Source: Camelus dromedarius (taxonomy: Eukaryota). Taken from it: 64,000 nucleotides of DNA. The notes under the pieces are model-generated. The model worked only from the letters and a program-made list of their open reading frames with translations, was not told where the DNA came from and did no database searches. Position 1 is the stretch's first letter. Each line of letters begins with the position of its first letter. This document shows, piece after piece, positions 13,620 to 27,077 of this stretch. The stretch is taken from the NCBI RefSeq assembly GCF_036321535.1, contig NC_087447.1, positions 42,968,001-43,032,000 on the forward strand. The letters run 5' to 3'. Made by a program: the position numbers and the translations under genes.

Positions 13620-14520
13620 CTTGTGAAGTTCCCTCACCAATCTTTCTTCTTTTTCTTCTTGGAGTACTGAAATTTTATGATTATTGATGGGGACCATTTT
13701 TCATTAATTTTGCTCTGAAATCTGTGGGCTCTTTCAATTTGGAAATTCATATTCTTTACTCCTGGGAAGGTTTATGTGTATTATTTCTTTGATAATTTCT
13801 TCTCTTTCATTTTCTATATTCTTTTTTGCTTGAACTTTTCTTATTCAAATGTTGGGCCTCTTGGACTGAGCCTTTAATTTTTTCGTCTACTCACTCCCAT
13901 TTCCATCTTTTTTGTCATTTTGGTCTGTTTTCCAAGACATTTCCCAAATTTATCTTCTAACTCTTTTATTCAATTAAAAAAACAACTTTTTAGATTTTAA
14001 GGGCCCCCTCTGGTTCCTGAATGTTCTTTTATTGTAGCTCCTTATTTCATGGATATGATGTCTTTTAACTCTCAGAGGATTTCTTAGTATATGTAGTATG
14101 ATTTTGCTCCTAGTCTTCTCTCTGTTTTCTTTGAGTTCCTTTCCCCCCATTTGTTTTGTTCCCTTTCACATTTGAGACTTTCGTAAAATGTCTTAGCTAT
14201 CCATGTGTATGTTTTCCTATTAAAGAATGAGGTGACCTGGTGATGATCTAAGCTCTTTTTCTAAGGGCTGCAGGGATTGGGGGAAGAACCTGTGCCTCTT
14301 TTTGTATGTGTCAGGCAGCTTCTCCAGAGAGGAAGCTCTAGACTCCTTCCCCGGGAGATACTAGCCTGGCTCCCCACATTCTGGGAGGTAGATAGAGGAT
14401 CTCAGTATGGTACCTCACTTTTGATCTCAGATGTACTTGAACCCCAAACCGGAACCTGTCTGAGAGGGTAACTTCCAGTCTTTTGTAGATTGAGGAGAGG
14501 TAGTGGTTTGGCTGTACAGA
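13620..14520 (-). mobile_element. Ancient L1M/HAL1-like 5' region fragment
   Basis: T-rich reverse ORF1-like sequence; highly diverged, boundaries approximate. Confidence 0.45.
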
Positions 14521-15777
14521 ATCTAGTGATGTTTTTGAAATTTCTGCATTAATTGGGACAACTCAAATCTATAAATTGCTTTAGTAACATTTTAGACAAT
14601 AAGCCAAGTAACTCAATGCCTGGACCATTTATGTTTCTTGTATTGAGGCTTAGAAGAGAATAGTGGACAATACCAGACACTGGTAATTGGGACTAAAGTG
14701 ACACCCCCACCGCAAGCTGTCATGGCAGATTTACCACACTCTTTTGTCTCTTTTGTGTGAAAGAAATAATAATTTTTCTAAAACTCATTGCTGTTTCAGG
14801 TTTAGGGATGAATTTTCAAACTTTCCCCTTCTGTGATATCTTTCTAAGCTGCTTAGAGGATTCCATCATCCCAGGGAAAATATTTGCACTTTTCTCATTC
14901 CTAAACATTTTATTCAGTGTTTCACATTTTCTCAGAGACACTCAGTGTACAGGGTCCTTTTAGTCCTTTGTCTCCTTAAGATCAATAGGACCTTATAAGG
15001 TACACTTTCATTTCTGAGCATTGCAGATTGCAGTTCTCTAATAGTAGCAGTTTCATTTTGGTGGATCATGTGTCACTCAAAACTGTAGAAGGCCCACTGG
15101 AACCACAGATCACCTAATTGTTTTCAATGGATGATGATTTAATCTGTTACAAAGTTGTATATAGCCATTTCTCATGCCTTAGAGCAGTAGCTTTCAAACA
15201 TTTTGACCCAGACCTCAGTATGAAAAAATTTACCTTGCTACACACCCACCCACACACCTGAAGCAAGTTTGAGGAAATAATACCTTTATGACAAGTGTTA
15301 TACTCTCATATTTTCTTCTATATCTAATTTTAAGATGTTGTACCCCACAAATGACCTAGTTTGTGAATCACTGCATTTGTGGTTCTTAATATTTTTGGGG
15401 GGTATGGTAGATTGTGGACCTTTTGGCACTCTGATAAAAGTACTGGAATCTCTTAGAAAAATGCACATACACACATTTTGGCATATATTTTCAGGAGATG
15501 CACAGTCTTTAGGCTTAAACATGGACTTCCTAGTTCTAAAAGCTTCTATGGCATATGAAATTTGGAGTTATCTAGCTTTGCTGATGCATTTCACCCAGTA
15601 TACCAAATATCATAACTGTGCAGCAGATCTTCCACCTGCCCTCCCTTCCTCTTGCTAAATATTATTAATACAGGGTTGCAGACTAGAGAAACCACATAAT
15701 AAAACTTCCTCTTGCATATCAAAGTTAAAAGTCTCAGCAGGTTCTTATTCTTCCTGGGTATATAGTTGTCTTCATAG

Positions 15778-16289
15778 TGTTACTGAGTCCACACTTGTTC
15801 TGCTTGCTGCACGACGGGCCAATAAATCAGGAGACGAGGTGTTGGGGCAGAGAATAATGACTTTATTTGGAAAGCTGGCAGACTGAGAAGATGGCAGACT
15901 AATGTCCTGGAGAACCATCTTACACAAGTCAGAATTCAGGCTCCTTTTATACTAAAAAGTTGAGAGGGCTGTGGTTGGTTGTTGGAAACTTCTTGGTGTC
16001 AGAATCCTTTGCTTTTGCTTTTGCAGCTGTCCATGTAGGTCAGGTCATGATGTTCCTGTAAACCTCCAATAATACAGATGTTATCCTCTGTTCTGCAACT
16101 TTTAATCTCTATGTGAATGGAAAGTGTTACACCCTTAAAAATCAGAGTCTTTAGAATGAGCTATCCTGTATATTTAAGGCTATAGGCAACATTCTTTTAC
16201 AAAAGGTAAAGAACCAGCATGACTCAGCACAGGAAACAGAGCACAGGAACAGATCTAATATGGAGTCAGATTTATTCTTCCTGATTACA
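15778..16289 (-). mobile_element. Solo LTR, ERV1 class
   Basis: TG...CA termini (tgttac...attaca), 512 bp; tttatt and ttttata on + (poly(A) signal and TATA-like box on -); resembles cetartiodactyl ERV1 LTRs; TSD not clean. Confidence 0.75.
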
Positions 16290-17614
16290 GTTGTATTTAG
16301 AGTTGATGCACAGAAACTGGGAGAGACAGCCACTTGCTCCTGATATATCAGGAGCCATTGTGTCTTTTGCAGAGCTGCTTCTTTGCTAGGACCTTTGCAC
16401 ATGCTTTCCCTTAGCAACTGCAGGCTGATTCCCTGGCTGTCTTCATTTTCAATGGAGAAACTTATGTACATATTTCCAGTTACCTTCCCCAACATTTCTT
16501 TCTAACTACCCTCTGGTAATTAAAATGGAGCCACAGCTTTACTTACTGTGTGAACTTCTGCCTTCCCTTTCTTTCACCTTTCGTGCTTCCTATCCTCCTT
16601 GCACAAATATTTATTGAGCTTTTTCTACGTTTCAGGCTTTGTTAACACAAGGAGTAACACAATGGTGAGAAAAACTCCAGACCTGGGTATGCCTGGCAAC
16701 CCTTACCTCGTTCCTCTGGGGCCTCTACTCTGTAGTTAGTTCTCCTGTGCCACCATCCTGAGGCTTCGTGGCAGTCCTGCTGCCACGGCAGTCATGGCAT
16801 TTCCTGCTTTACTGGGATTTAGCATTTATCTTTTTCTTGCCCACATTGGAAATTTTCATCTGCAATTTTTTTCTGCCTAGAACAACAAGCATATACATAT
16901 ATTTTCTTGTGCAGTTTTTCTTTTGCCTAGAATGAAAAATGCATATTTTCTTTTTAAATAATAATGTAAATATGCAAATCTTAAGATTTCATTTCTGTTG
17001 TTGGTATGTTCGGGGTCATTTTTTTTTTGGGAAATAACATCATGGGAAAATGGTGTTAATGTTCAAAAATCACCCCCAAAGTTGAGAGTCAGGATCTTTG
17101 AAAGATGTCTTAATAATGGAGACATATTCAACTGATAAAATATAGGCTCATAGCATTTGAAAATTATTAGTATTCTTTCAAGAGCAGACATCAATCTCAG
17201 AAATCTTGTGTACAAACATGACAAAATTGGTCTGTATTACACTCTGATAAAATCACAAAATGATTTTATTTTCTTCACTTTTTTATGAATGTGAAATATT
17301 TACATATTATTATAATAACTTCCACAGCAGTTGGAACAAAATCTGATACATTGTTAATGGCATAGCTAAAAATGTGTGCATTGCACCCATATTTTGTTGC
17401 AGTTATCCAACAGCTTTTTGAAAAGATTCCTAAAACATGTATACTTTACAGTCAGGCTCAGCAAATAGATACCATTCATGCTACGAGTAACCTCTTGCAG
17501 TGCCCATGGTAGACGTCTCTAATGGACCACAACCTTCTTCCTCACTGAGCTTGGACCATCATACATCCTCTTCAGTATAGTGGCTAACTGAAGGTAGAAT
17601 AAAACTGGTTTAGG

Positions 17615-17829
17615 CAAGAGTTGGCAACTTTCTTAGGCAGATGGCCAGATGGTAACTATATTAGGCTTTGTGGATTAGTCTCTGTTGCACCTACTCAACT
17701 CTGTCATTGTAGTGCAAAAGTAGACATAGACATACATAAATGAATGAGCATGGCTGTATGCCAATAAAACTTTATTTATAAAAACAGACAGCAGGCCAGA
17801 TTTGGCCAACAAGCCATTGTTGCTAACTG
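17615..17829. mobile_element. MER58A (hAT-Charlie)
   Basis: ttggcaact...ctactcaactctg..tgtagtgcaaaag..ccaataaaactttattta..ggccagatttggcc. Confidence 0.8.
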
Positions 17830-17837
17830 GTTTAAAT

Positions 17838-18024
17838 CACTGCTGCTCGAAGTGTATCTGTGGACAAGTGGTATCAACATCATCTGTGTGCTTGTTAGAA
17901 ATGCAGATCCTTCTTCCACATTCTAGACTTACTGAATCAGAATATCTGGGGATGGTGCCCAGGAATCTGCATGTTTACTAGTTGGTAAGGAGATTCGGAT
18001 GCTTACTAAAGTTCGAGATTCTCT
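17838..18024. mobile_element. MER5A (hAT-Charlie)
   Basis: gcttgttagaaatgcagat...actgaatcagaat.tctgggg.tggtgcccaggaatctgcat. Confidence 0.8.
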
Positions 18025-18261
18025 CATTTAAATAACATGGCACTTCTTCTCTTAAGAAGTTACATAGAACTCATGTGAAACTACCAGGTGCATTTAATTA
18101 ATGGCTGATCTTTAATCACTTTTTCTATCTCTTCTGTGGCATTTGATCTATTCAAGCTTTCTACTTCTTCCTGGGTCGTGACTGGGAATTTACGTTTTCC
18201 AGAATATTATCTATTTCCTCTAGGATTCAGAGTTGTTGCTGTGTTGGTTTTAAATCATTTC

Positions 18262-18757
18262 TGCAAAGTTTTTTGATATTCCTATCAGGACATGGATTTA
18301 TGGTCACTCCCTTTGGATCTAGGCAGGTTTATGATTAGTTCAGCCAATAGAATATGTCAGAAGTGATACTGTGTAACTTCCGAGGCTGGTTCAGAAAAGG
18401 CCATGAGGCTTTTTTACCCAGTTCTCAGGGATGCTCACTCTGAGAGAAGTCTGTTGCCATGTAAGAAGTCTGACTGCTCTGAGCCCACCATACTGGAGAG
18501 GCCATGGTAAGATCCCAGCTATCAGCCAGCATCTATTGCCAGCCAGTTGAGTGAGCCATTTTGGATACACAGTCTAATAGAACCTTCAGATGACTGCAGC
18601 CCAGCTGACATCTCAGTACAGTCACCTGAAAGACTCTAGCCTAGGTGAGCCTTCCCTGACATCCTGACTGATAAAATCTGTGAGCATAATAAAATATTTG
18701 TTGTTTTAAGCCCCTAATTTGAGGGTAATTTGTTATATAGTAATTGTAACTAGGAAA
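18262..18757 (+). mobile_element. MaLR LTR (MLT1G/H-like)
   Basis: gccaatagaat..gaagtga..tgtaacttccgaggct, gaaccttcagatgactgcagcccag, tgttgttttaagccc.taa motifs. Confidence 0.75.
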
Positions 18758-19572
18758 GTTACTGTAGAATTGCAAGTACTATTGTTTTATAATTATCTTA
18801 AGGGCTTTCTTATCTACACTTGTGATTTATTTATACTTCTAATCATATATATATATATTTACTCTCCATTTTCTTTAATTTTAATTTATTAATCATGTCA
18901 AAGAATCAGTTTTTAGATATATTCATTCTGCTATTTGAGATATTTGTTTCATTAACTGAAGCTTTACCATTTTTTATCTTTTCTTCCTACTTTCTGTTTA
19001 TTTAATTCTTTTTTCCTAGTTGCTAAAGCTGAGGACTAGGTTAATTTTCTTTTTCATTTTTCTTCTTTTATAAGAAATACATTTGAAGCTATAAGATTTC
19101 TTCTGAATACAGCTTTCACTGTTCTCCATAAGTTTGGTAGGAAACATTTTCCTCTTTATAGTTTTCTGGAGGGTTTGTAATTTCAGTTCTGATTTTCTTT
19201 ATATCAAAGCATTTTGGAAAGTGTTACTAAATTTCCAAATATTTAATTTTTTTTTCCCTTGGCTGGGGAATGGGGGGTGTCTTTCATTTTTCCAATGTAT
19301 ATAATAGGTGCATATTTCTCTACTACTACAAAAAATCAAGATTCTAAGCATTTTCCACTCCAAGACCATCTCTTCTTCCTTTACCAGTAAGTTTGCTTTT
19401 TACTTTAGAGTGCTTTTACTTTCTGATTCTCCATATGAGTGCTTTAAATGCTTTTTCTTCTGCTGTCTCCTCAGGGCTGATCTTCTCAAACCCAAGTTGT
19501 TTTTGTTTTTTTAAATGTTTTTTTAAATAAGTGATACTTGTTTCAGATTGTGATTAGGTTTTTTATTCTTTA

Positions 19573-19713
19573 AATTTTTTAAAATTTTAAATTCTTTTGA
19601 GGGAGAGGTAATTAGGTTTATTTATTCATTTTTTTAATGGAGGTACTGGGGATTGAACCCAGGATCTCGTGCATGCTAAGCACACACACTACAACTGAGC
19701 TATATCCTCCGCC
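19573..19713 (-). mobile_element. tRNA-Ala-derived camelid SINE (vic-1 type)
   Basis: Reverse of tagctcag..gcttagcatgca..cctgggttcaatccccagtacctcca plus aaacctaattacc tail; TSD ttttattcttta at 19561 and 19714. Confidence 0.88.
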
Positions 19714-22700
19714 TTTTATTCTTTACTTAGTGCAGATATTATACATCCTCATTCCATTTCAAGGTACTGTGATGCTCCCCACATTCTTATTTCCTTGGAT
19801 GCAAAGGCTTTCTTCCATCCTAAGGAGCTAACAGGACTTAGCACAACTTTTCAGCCCCTACTCCCACCAGCCTTAGGACCTAATGGAAAATGCTTAACAA
19901 ATAATATGCTTATTTTAACTCTACCCCTGTTTTATTTGGGTGTGATATCTTGGCTCAAATGTCCTGTTTAGAGTGTTGATTTCATTGAAAAATTTGGAAA
20001 GAACTATTCCTACGCATATAAAGAATGGAAATCGACTACAGTTACATGGAAGGCTTTTATTAAAAATGCCTCTCCCTATAGATTTCCCCCAAAAGATAAG
20101 ATTTAATAACTAAACCCCATCCTTTAAATGAGTTAGAGTTGCTGTAGATCAGCTTCTGCCATTTCATATTTGAACATGTTGTAGTCAATGGCATTTAAAG
20201 TTGGTTGGGATCTTGATGCTCATTCATTTTAAACTCCTGTTTAGGGAGGAGTCTTTTCTCTGCATTTCCCAACCTCCTTTGTAGAAACTTCCGCCCTCTA
20301 ACAGAGTTAAATGGATCTTCTTTCCTGTTGCCTTAGGCTGAAGTGCTTTCCCACATCTTAAGTAATATTTTTGCTTAAGTGCCCTGTTGAAACATTTTGT
20401 TTGAAAGCCATTCAGACTGGTGTGAGGTGATACTTTATTGTAGTTTGGTTTGTATTTCTCTAATAATTAGCAATGTTGAGCATCTTTCATGTTCCTTAGA
20501 ACATAAAGCTTTTATATTTATATGTAAGTCTGTATGTACATTAGTGACAAGAAAATATATGATGTTTTATAGATTTTCTTTTTAAAATTATCTACTTCTG
20601 GTGGTGGTCTAAAGACCTAAGCTCCGCATGAATAGACTCTACTGTTCACTTGGTAAAAGCTAGTAAATGTAGGCCTAATGCCTGGGTCAATTTATTTATT
20701 TCTGTGAGCCTAGCATTCTATTTCCTATCAGGATTCATAGTTAAAATCATATCACCTCTTCTCATCAACAGTTTTTTTGTCATAAGGGTAAAACTACATG
20801 GTTGTTTCCATCAGCCTTCCCATGCTACAGAATGTTTCTGCTTTGGAATTTTCACTATAAAGCAATCAACAATGTTTGCAGTTTTCTGTTTGTAGTATAG
20901 TAGAAGATCTGTCTAGGGTAAAAGTCTTGCTGATTTTAGGTTCAGTTTTATTTGGTCACCTTTTATCAAATGAATTTATGTCTACATGGCTAACTTTTGC
21001 TATCTGATTAAAAAGCATACTTTGAAATATAGAAATACAGCATTCTTTGAAGGACTTTCAGAGTTTATCATTTCATCAGTAAGACATGAAAAGAGAGTCA
21101 TTGATCATTTTTGCAGAAAAGGTTTGGAAATTCATATTTTTGGACTTTCACATTTGTCTGCATGGACTTTGCAGAAACAATAATCCTATAACCACTAGTC
21201 CCTGAACATTCTGATATTTGTTGAATGGATATGTGGTTAGATATGGTATTGTTAAACAAAAGTACCTTTCAGTTTAATTTTAATCAGGATCATTGATCTA
21301 TTTTTATTTTAGGAAATAAAGGAAAATTTAATATTCATATTAGTTTTAAAAATACTATAGAGGACATTTCAAATCTTCATCATAAAAAAGACAGAAATGA
21401 TGACTTCCTTTTAATTGAAGAAAAAAAATCCCTTGACTTCAAAAAAGAAATCCTCTCTATTCTCAGTTTCTTTTAAAAATCTTGAACCTGTCAGTGAAAT
21501 TGTGTAATCTAGTAATAACATGCCTAAGGCTTATTGCCTTTTCTTGGGCAACAGTATCAGCAAATGATGTGCTCTATCGATTTTAATCACATTGTTTTTG
21601 CAGTTCCATTGCAAGGTTTGGAAAACTCACCATATAAATAAATCCATGGATGCAGATACCTCTTTTTTCTCTGAAAACCTTATCATTTATATATTATTCC
21701 TTCTTGATCAGTTGTTAAAGTATAACATAGAGCAGTAATGTTTTGAGAGACTGTGGCCTTGGCTAGGCTAAAATAGTCTCCTTGATATTCAGCATTACAT
21801 ATTTGAAAAATAAAATTCCTATAAATGTGATATTTCAGTGCCTGTAGCATTCAGAATTGAACATTTCACAGGCTGCCTGTGGGCCAGTCCAGCAAGCCAT
21901 TCCCTCTACAGCTCAGCTGCGCACATCTAGAGTAAGCTCCCATAAGGTTATTTCTAAGCTAGCTATGAACTAATTAGATGGCGATTTGTATTTTGGAACC
22001 CATGTTGAACAATATTTAGAGCATTAGATTGAGAGATTATGACTGGTAAAATACTTTCCTGGTGCTACTTTTGGCAGAGTTTCACAATAATAATAAAAAC
22101 CTCTACTAAGAGCTTACAATGTATGAGGACTTGACATGCATTATATCCTATCCTTATAACAATTCTGCCATGTAGGTGTATAGACCCCCTCTATATATTT
22201 TGCATATAAGGAACCTGAGACCACATATGTTAAGTCACTGGGGAAGAATTTGAACCTTGGTCTAACAGTAAAGCTTGGGTTCTTTCTGACTATCAAGGGC
22301 AAATGAATTTCAGTTAAAATTTTCTGTAAGTGTAAAATAGAATCATTAAGAAGACTCCTGAGATTTAAATGCTCATGAATTGTTTAGAAATTTGGGGTCT
22401 TCAGACCCCAAATGGTAGAATGGTGCTGTTGTTCTTGTTGGGACTGATGAAGCTTTTTTTGCAGTAGTGCTGAAGTTGGAGTAGGGATATGTGCATGTGT
22501 GTATGAAATAAGTAACTTAATATTTTCTGTGGAATTTATAGTAGTAAGCTTCCTTTGGTATTTTTTGTTAATTTGGAACTGAAAAGAAATAATCCATATA
22601 TTCTGTCATATTGAAACATTGACTCTAGTGAAATTGTCATTAAATTCTAATTTGTTCATATGGCAGTAGATTTGGATTGACTGTACCGACTAGGACTTAT

Positions 22701-23228
22701 TCTGCATACTTTAGAACTTTACAGTTTATATTTTCAGCATCCATTGAAGCCCTGTGTCCCTGCCGTGGATGGCTAAGCTTCAGATACTTGCTGGATGAGT
22801 TAGTTTTGGCAGTTTGGTGGCCACTCTCTCTTCACTCCAAATCTGTGGCTAATTGGTGTCAGGGTTGTAAGTGCTCACCTAAGACTCTTTGCAGCAGTCC
22901 TTTCTTTCTTGCAGCTCTCTCAGAATGAGAACCTCATGTTTTACTTCACCTCATCTGTCTTTTGTGCCTGGTGGAACCATAATTCTTAAGAGAAGACACC
23001 TTTGTTTAACCCTGATCTTTCCTGGAAGTGCTTCTTCCCTCTTCTCATTACTTAGTACAGACCTGGCTTTCTCTCTTCTGTTATTCTTGCCTTCAAGTGG
23101 AAACTGCCTTCTTTTACTCCTCTTGAACCATAGGATCTGGGCCCTTGCATGTGCTGGTGTCCCTGTCTAGAGAGCATTTCTTTGACTTGTTCACCAAGTG
23201 AACTCCAACTCATTCTTTAGGACAGTTT

Positions 23229-23740
23229 AATAGATGCAGACAAAGCAAAAGATAAAATTCAACATCCATTTATGACAAAAACTCTTTAGAAAGTGGATAT
23301 AGAGGGAGCATACCTCAGCATAATAATGACCATCTATGATAAGCCCACAGCTAACATCATGTTCAATAGTGAAAACCTGACAGCATTTCCTCTAAGGTCA
23401 GGAACAAGACAAGGACGCCTACACTCACAACTTTTATTCAACATAGTATTGGAAGTCCTAGCCACAGCACTCAGACAAGAAAAATAAATAACTGGAATTC
23501 AAATTGGAAAGGAGGAGGTAAAACTGTCGCTCTTTGCAAATGATACTATAGTATACATAGGAAATCCTAAAAATGCCACCAAGAATTATTAGAGCTCATC
23601 AATGAATTTGGTAAAGTGCGGGATCCAAAATTAACATATAGAAATCTATTGTATTTCTGCACACTAACAACAAACTATCAAAAAGAGAAATTAAGGAAAC
23701 AATTTTATTTATCATCACACCACAAAAATAATAAAATACT
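23229..23740 (+). mobile_element. Internal L1 ORF2 reverse-transcriptase fragment
   Basis: Translates to [36 protein letters not shown] with stops. Confidence 0.88.
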
Positions 23741-24230
23741 TTTGTACTTTGTACATACCTGTCATTATCTTTACTATAATCATTATTGGTAAAGCCAATG
23801 TCTTGGTAGTCTCTGTGTTCCCAGCACAATCCTTGGTACATAACAGGTACCCAGAAAATGTTTGCTGGGTACGTACACACATGGTTAGATGGCTGGATTC
23901 TCAGTTGGTCCCTTCTACTTGGACCTCTGTTGATCTTTTCTTTTAGCTCATTACTGCCCTCTGGACACTCTTCTTGGCCAGACATACAGAACCCTTGCCG
24001 GTAAGTGCCTTTTAGGTCTCATTTCCCCTCTCTTTCCTGTCTTGCTGAATTTAATAGCCATGCCACATTGATGCCTGAGATATGACATTCTAAATGCTTT
24101 TGCTCTGGCTGTAAGTCTGGGGTTTGTGTGCTGCAGATAAATGGCTCATCATTAGGAGTGAGGAAAACAGGCTCTTCCAAAAAATTAGTATCTTTGCTTG
24201 GAGCAATTTGGCTAGGGAGCCTGAGAAGTT

Positions 24231-24281
24231 TTATCTATCTATCTATCTATCTATCTACCTATCTATCTCTATATATATATC
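24231..24281. repeat. (TATC)n/(TA)n microsatellite
   Basis: Direct reading. Confidence 0.9.
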
Positions 24282-25449
24282 TCACTAGAATTTTTTTGGT
24301 CTTGGCTATGGCATGCACACTTTATTATGAAAGAAAAATGAACCAGTCATTGATAGTTATACCATCTGCCAAAAAGTAGTGATCTTTTGTTGAATATGAA
24401 GATCTGAGTAATAATAAAGTTTATTATGACCAAGGCTTGTAGTTGTTGGGGACTAGTCTTAGCCTGCAGAAACCCTTAAGAGTTTGACAAAATGGTCCCT
24501 CACCAAAATAAATACTTGTGTCTGTGCATCGTTCTAGATTCCTGAAAACCAAAAGTCTTGAATAGAACATAATACACATCTTGTCTGATAGGGGGCCTTT
24601 CAGGAAGCAGGTGGAAATTTAGAGTAGAGGATGGAGGTCAGGCCTAGTATGGGGGTTTTGGAGTTTTGCTCTAGAATGGGAGTTTCAGGATAGAGTGAGG
24701 GTTGGGTTGTAGTGCAGTTTTTTGGCCAGGAGACTTCCTCAAGGATGTTATTTGTTTACATGATAAGCCACTGGCTTTCTTACATCAGGCAGCTACATTG
24801 CATATTATTTGTAAGCTGGAAAACACTGTTTCTGTCAATCAGTGAATGCTTTTCAATCAATAGTCCTTATTTAATAATGGAGGCCTTTACTGGATACAAG
24901 ATGACAAGGTGAATAGAACTTAGTTCCTGCCCTGGAGGGGCTCACAGTTAAGAGAAGTATTTTTGTTGTTGTTTTCTGTTTTATTAAATTAATATTACCT
25001 ACACAGAAACTTGAAAACGGGGATCATGGAATCTGTTGTTGGTGTTTTGCTGTAGACTGTTTGGAGTGGTCGAGTTTTCAGACATCTAGCTACAAGAGAA
25101 AAGTTGCCTGGATACCTCTAAGTTGTGCTCCCAGTATTTGAAATGATCTGGAGGGTCAGAATGCCTTTTCTCGTATGGTATGAAACATATGGGTTTCAGT
25201 ATTATATCACATTTTGCTTAGCTAACTAACTAGTTTCATGGAAAGTTGTTGGCTTTGGAAAGTTCCTTTCAATACTCCTGGGAATATTTCTCATTCAGGA
25301 AAGGTCTCTGACTACACAAATTTACAGTAATATCTTTTATTAATCCAAAAATACTAGTTGGCATTTGATAAATGAAGCTAGCAAACCTTTCAAATTTGCC
25401 ATCAAATTCTTCATCTTACTGATCTACTGCTAATTGGATTAAGATTCCT

Positions 25450-25724
25450 TTTGTGTGTGAGAACATTTAAGTTCTAGTCTCTTAGAAAATTTCAATTATG
25501 TAATAAGTATAGTGTCATCAACAGTAGTCACCATGTTATACATTAGCTCTGCAGACCTTTTTCATCTTACGACTGAAGTTTGTATCTAATATGTGAGGTG
25601 GTGGATGTGTTAATTCGATGGAGGGGAATCTTTTCACATTGTATACAGTTATTGAATTATCATGTACATTTTAAATATCTTAACAATTTTGTTTGTCAGT
25701 TATACCTCAGTAAAGCTGGAAAAG
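25450..25724 (+). mobile_element. L1MA-type 3' end with 5' inversion
   Basis: 25450-~25584 antisense and ~25585-25724 sense of adjacent L1 3'UTR segments; TSD aagattcct at 25441 and 25725. Confidence 0.8.
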
Positions 25725-26829
25725 AAGATTCCTGAGTACAAGAAGACTATTTTCTTTTAAGCGTCCTGAGTGGAGCACAGCTGAGTGTTCCTGCCACAGT
25801 CCTCAGCGTGGTTCTGCTTCTCTTCTGGACTCTCTTAGCAACCTTGTGTTTTTGGCTCCCTTAGCTACATGTGGGCCCATTTGCTCACTCTTCACCTCTT
25901 ATTCTCTGATTTCATGAGTTGGAAGGTAGACTTATTTTTGTTTACTTAAAGTATCTTTTCCTCTACACTTTATTTAGCTTTTTCTTCTCTAGCCAGCAGG
26001 CCACCACTCCTTAGCACATCCAGCCTTCCATCCAGCTCACCCCTTCCACCTCCTCACTATCACCCTGTCCCCCATGGTAAAGCCTAGCAGTGCTGCTCTT
26101 TAAAGGAGACATTCAGATGGGCTGGGGTGAGTTTGGAGGCTGTAACTAGTTTGGCCTGGTCTGTGGTAGGAAAGCAGGACCCTCAAGATAATACTGAAAC
26201 CTCCACAGCAGAGGTGAGGTCAGCTGCCACTTTGGTTCCTTTAAATGTCTGCTACACCTCAGTTGATCATTAGAAGGGGTGATTCATCTTTGTAGACTTT
26301 TAAGGTTAGAAGGAACCTCAAGGCATCCTAGTCTGTGCTTAAATGTCTTGTGTGGTTTCCTGCCAGCTGACCTTCCATTCTCTACTTGGATACTTCTGGT
26401 GACGGAGATGGTCTTTCCTTTCAAGTTTGACAGCTCTAAATGTTAGGAAGCCTTTGTATTAGATTGAAATTGGCACGCACTCTCTGAATCACGCATGAAC
26501 CCTCCTTTCTTTGATGACTCTTCTATATACCTGCCTATCGTTCTGCCTAAGTGATACGTGATTCTGGCTCTTTCCCACAAAATGAACACTAACAAATTTT
26601 CGTTGAGTGTGTATTACGTTCAAGGACTAGTCTGTGCCTACATAAAAGTCCCTGGCTTCAGGTTGCTTGTAACGTACATGGAGAAAAGACAGTGGATAAC
26701 AACAGGAAAGAATCCGGGAGAGGGTCTCCAGGTTTTATCCAGCCTCTTTAAGCCAAACTTTCTTAGTAAAATCTATTCTTACCTTAAACGGTCAGCATGG
26801 GGACCACATTTAAGACTGTCTCTCCAGAT

Positions 26830-27077
26830 AGACTGGGAGTTTGGGATTGATGGGTACATATGACTATATGTAAAGTGGATAAGCAGCAAGGATGCTTACA
26901 GCACAGGGAGCTATATATTCAGTTTCTTATAATGAGTCTTAATGGAAAAGAAACTGACAAAAAAATTATGTATGTATGTATGTATGTATATGTATAACTG
27001 AATTGCTTTGCTGTACACCTGAAACTAACATTGTAAGTCGACGACACTTCAATAAAAAAGATAAGAATTTTAAAAAA
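26830..27077 (+). mobile_element. Short L1 3'UTR insertion
   Basis: gggagtttgggatt...cttcaataaaaaa tail; 18-bp TSD aagactgtc(t/c)ctccagat at 26812 and 27078. Confidence 0.9.
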
